Of a stretch of 64,000 nt of DNA, positions 61,897 through 64,000 are shown one piece after another. The first letter of the stretch is position 1; each line of letters opens with the position of its first letter. Under the pieces are notes generated by a model, which ran no database searches, was not told where the DNA came from, and saw only the letters and a list, made by a program, of their open reading frames with translations. Both the position numbers and the translations under genes were made by a program. This DNA is from Entomortierella parvispora E1425 (lineage: Eukaryota > Fungi > Mortierellomycota). The stretch covers positions 1,302,001 through 1,366,000 of the forward strand of contig BQFW01000014.1 in NCBI GenBank assembly GCA_020891255.1. The letters run 5' to 3'.

Positions 61897-63814
61897 CTAA
61901 ACCAAAGTGATCTCCACTTGCAAGCTGAATGGGAGGGTAGAATCAGTGACGGTAATCTGATCGCCGCTAGAGACAAGGTCCTTCAGAGGCTTGAGCAAGT
62001 TGGGTCGAAGAGCTTCCTCAAGCGACTTTGGAGCTTGCAGGTATAGAGGCTTTCCAGCAATGGCAAAACTTGGCTTTTTCAATTGACTACCGATATAAAC
62101 ATATCCATACATGTTTGCAAAAAAAAAAAAGTGTTAGTAGCCTTGATCATATCCAACAGCGATGGCTTTGTAGCAGGCAACACCCCAATAGTCTTCTTAC
62201 GCATCAGGTTTTTCTTTCAAAAAGTCCATAAACTCTTCCAGAGTCTTGTCACCGCGGAACTCCATCTTGGAGACAGCATTTCCGCACACAGGGCAGTCAT
62301 CCTTCCGCTGATGTTCGAAAGTGTAGGTGTAAACACTGTCGTTGCCGCTGTACATCATGTAGTTGTTCAGATACTTGGCGCTAGTCGAGGCAAGCTTGAG
62401 AGCTTCATTACAGCATGATGCTAAAAAGATGGAACCAAAGCGTCATGTTAAAAAAAGCCAACAGACATGGTCTTGACCTCTAGTTATAAAACATGTATGA
62501 CGGCAGACTTTGAACGTACCGGCAATGATGGCATTAGTTGAGGCAATGGCTGGAATGATGTTTTTGACAACACCCTGTGTCAAACTGTAGGTAACTCCTT
62601 GAATGTTGTACTGTTTAGCGCGAGCAAGGGCAGTCTCATAGAGCCACTGAATATCCTTTGGATCGTCTGTGTCCATTTTTCTCTCTGAGTCATGAAAGAG
62701 AGCGCGTTAGCGTCCAGAGCGGTGGTATTAGTTTATAGCGACCTTTGACTTTTATGACAGGCCGTACCTCCATGCTTGTTTGGCCACTCCAAGACGGAAG
62801 CCCATTCAATACAATGCTCCGGCAGACGTGGCGTGTTTGCAATTGTGCAAAGAGGAAATCCGGTAGGTTTACTAAGCATATCCATTGAGCATTCATAGCA
62901 AGAGGTGTTTCCAGGAAGAATCACGCGTGCTTGTCCCTTGAAGCCTGATCATAGACAATAAATGCAAGGCACATTAATACGGTTCCGGCTCAAAAGACAA
63001 AGCGTTTGGGACGAGGAAACTTCTACGTACCCTCGGTGCCTCCATCGATCAGCGGCTTCATTGTGTCAGGGTTCTCGGGGTCGAACATTCCGAACAAAGT
63101 CGCGTTCATCCAACGTCTGGCCTCAATTGAATCCAGACCACAAATGACAAGTGCGAATTCCTGATAAAAGTCTTCGTCCTTGTCTTGAATTTTGCAGTAG
63201 TGACTAGGGATGGGCGCCAGATTTTTGGATTAAAACTGACATGCCTTTGAAAACGCGCTCATTCTGTCATTTGGATATGACTTACGGAGTGACGGTGACA
63301 CCTTGGACACGTTTGTTGATGAAGGCCGCAGCAGTGACAGCTTTGGGCTTTCCAACATCAGCTCGTCTATGGTGCCATAAACGAACACCATGTTAGTTTT
63401 TTTATGATAAATCTTCTTTGGGTCTCCGGGATACCTTAGGACAGACTGCGTACCTGAACAAGAACTGTCGATTGAGGTTCGAAACGTCAATGGTGTCCAT
63501 GTCAATGACATGAATGTTGCAGAAACCGGACAATGCCAGATTCTTGAGGATTTCGCAGCCAAGGCCACCAGCTCCAATGACGAGAATCTTTGCCTCCTTG
63601 ATGAATTCTTTAATCTAAGCACATAATACACAAGAGCTAAGTCTTGGGCATGACATTGCATGGTCAAGAATGATGCGTCATGTTGGCTTTTTCACGGTAC
63701 CTGGTCGACGGGCTCGAACTCGGGGTGGATAAGACTCGAGCGGTCCAGAAGCTTGTAGACACCAGCCCAGCGCTGGCTGTCATCGAGGGTAAGGGTTGAT
63801 TGGGCGTCTACCAT
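61897..63814 (-). CDS. UBA3: NEDD8-activating enzyme E1 catalytic subunit
   Basis: [86 protein letters not shown]. Confidence 0.96.
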
Positions 63815-64000
63815 TGGAGGTTGCTGAAGGTATGGAGGAAGCTTGAAAGTTGAAAGGAAAAAGGGCGTCTGCGCCTCGCGTCGTTGACAAAGACCAGCGC
63901 GGCTGTGCAGTAAAGGTGTGGAACAGTCACTCTTTTTATTCTAGATTTTTACTGGTCAAGGACCATGTCTCCAGAGCTCTCTGTTGCCACATGGGGATGC

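Noticed and set aside
63990-64000. Possible start of a divergent gene at the right edge
   Set aside because: Only about 10 nt are available; it cannot be supported.

Overview
Fungal nuclear DNA with short GT-AG introns and ctaac/ctgac branch points. Gene content and style best fit an early-diverging fungus, probably Mortierellaceae (inference). The left 5 kb is accessory. It holds an apparently intact PIF/Harbinger transposon (partner ORF running off the left edge plus a DDE transposase). Its right end, with a TAA target site, cuts a 4-exon gene whose N-terminus is a catalytically intact XPG/FEN1-like PIN nuclease. From recalled Mortierella homologs I infer that this gene normally ends in a TnpB/Fanzor-like RuvC domain; that part is not in this window. 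A hairpin and a solo-LTR-like 301 bp segment follow. The remaining 59 kb is a gene-dense core region: SED5, NOP9, a divergent bHLH and bZIP pair, a very large PP2A B'' subunit, a rhodanese-PTP phosphatase, YPT7/Rab7, a bacterial-type glycolipid-binding-family protein, a probably GPI-anchored subtilisin, an ML-domain protein, dymeclin, a TPT-family transporter, MCR1, two divergent tRNAs, a p22phox (CYBA) homolog hidden by a GC-AG intron, TRS20, an Ecl1-like protein, a secreted protein, a Chk2-like kinase and UBA3. The top leads are the PIN(-Fanzor) gene interrupted by Harbinger, a tRNA with a lysine body but an Arg(UCU) anticodon, and the animal-type p22phox. All homology calls come from motif recognition by eye; no search was run.
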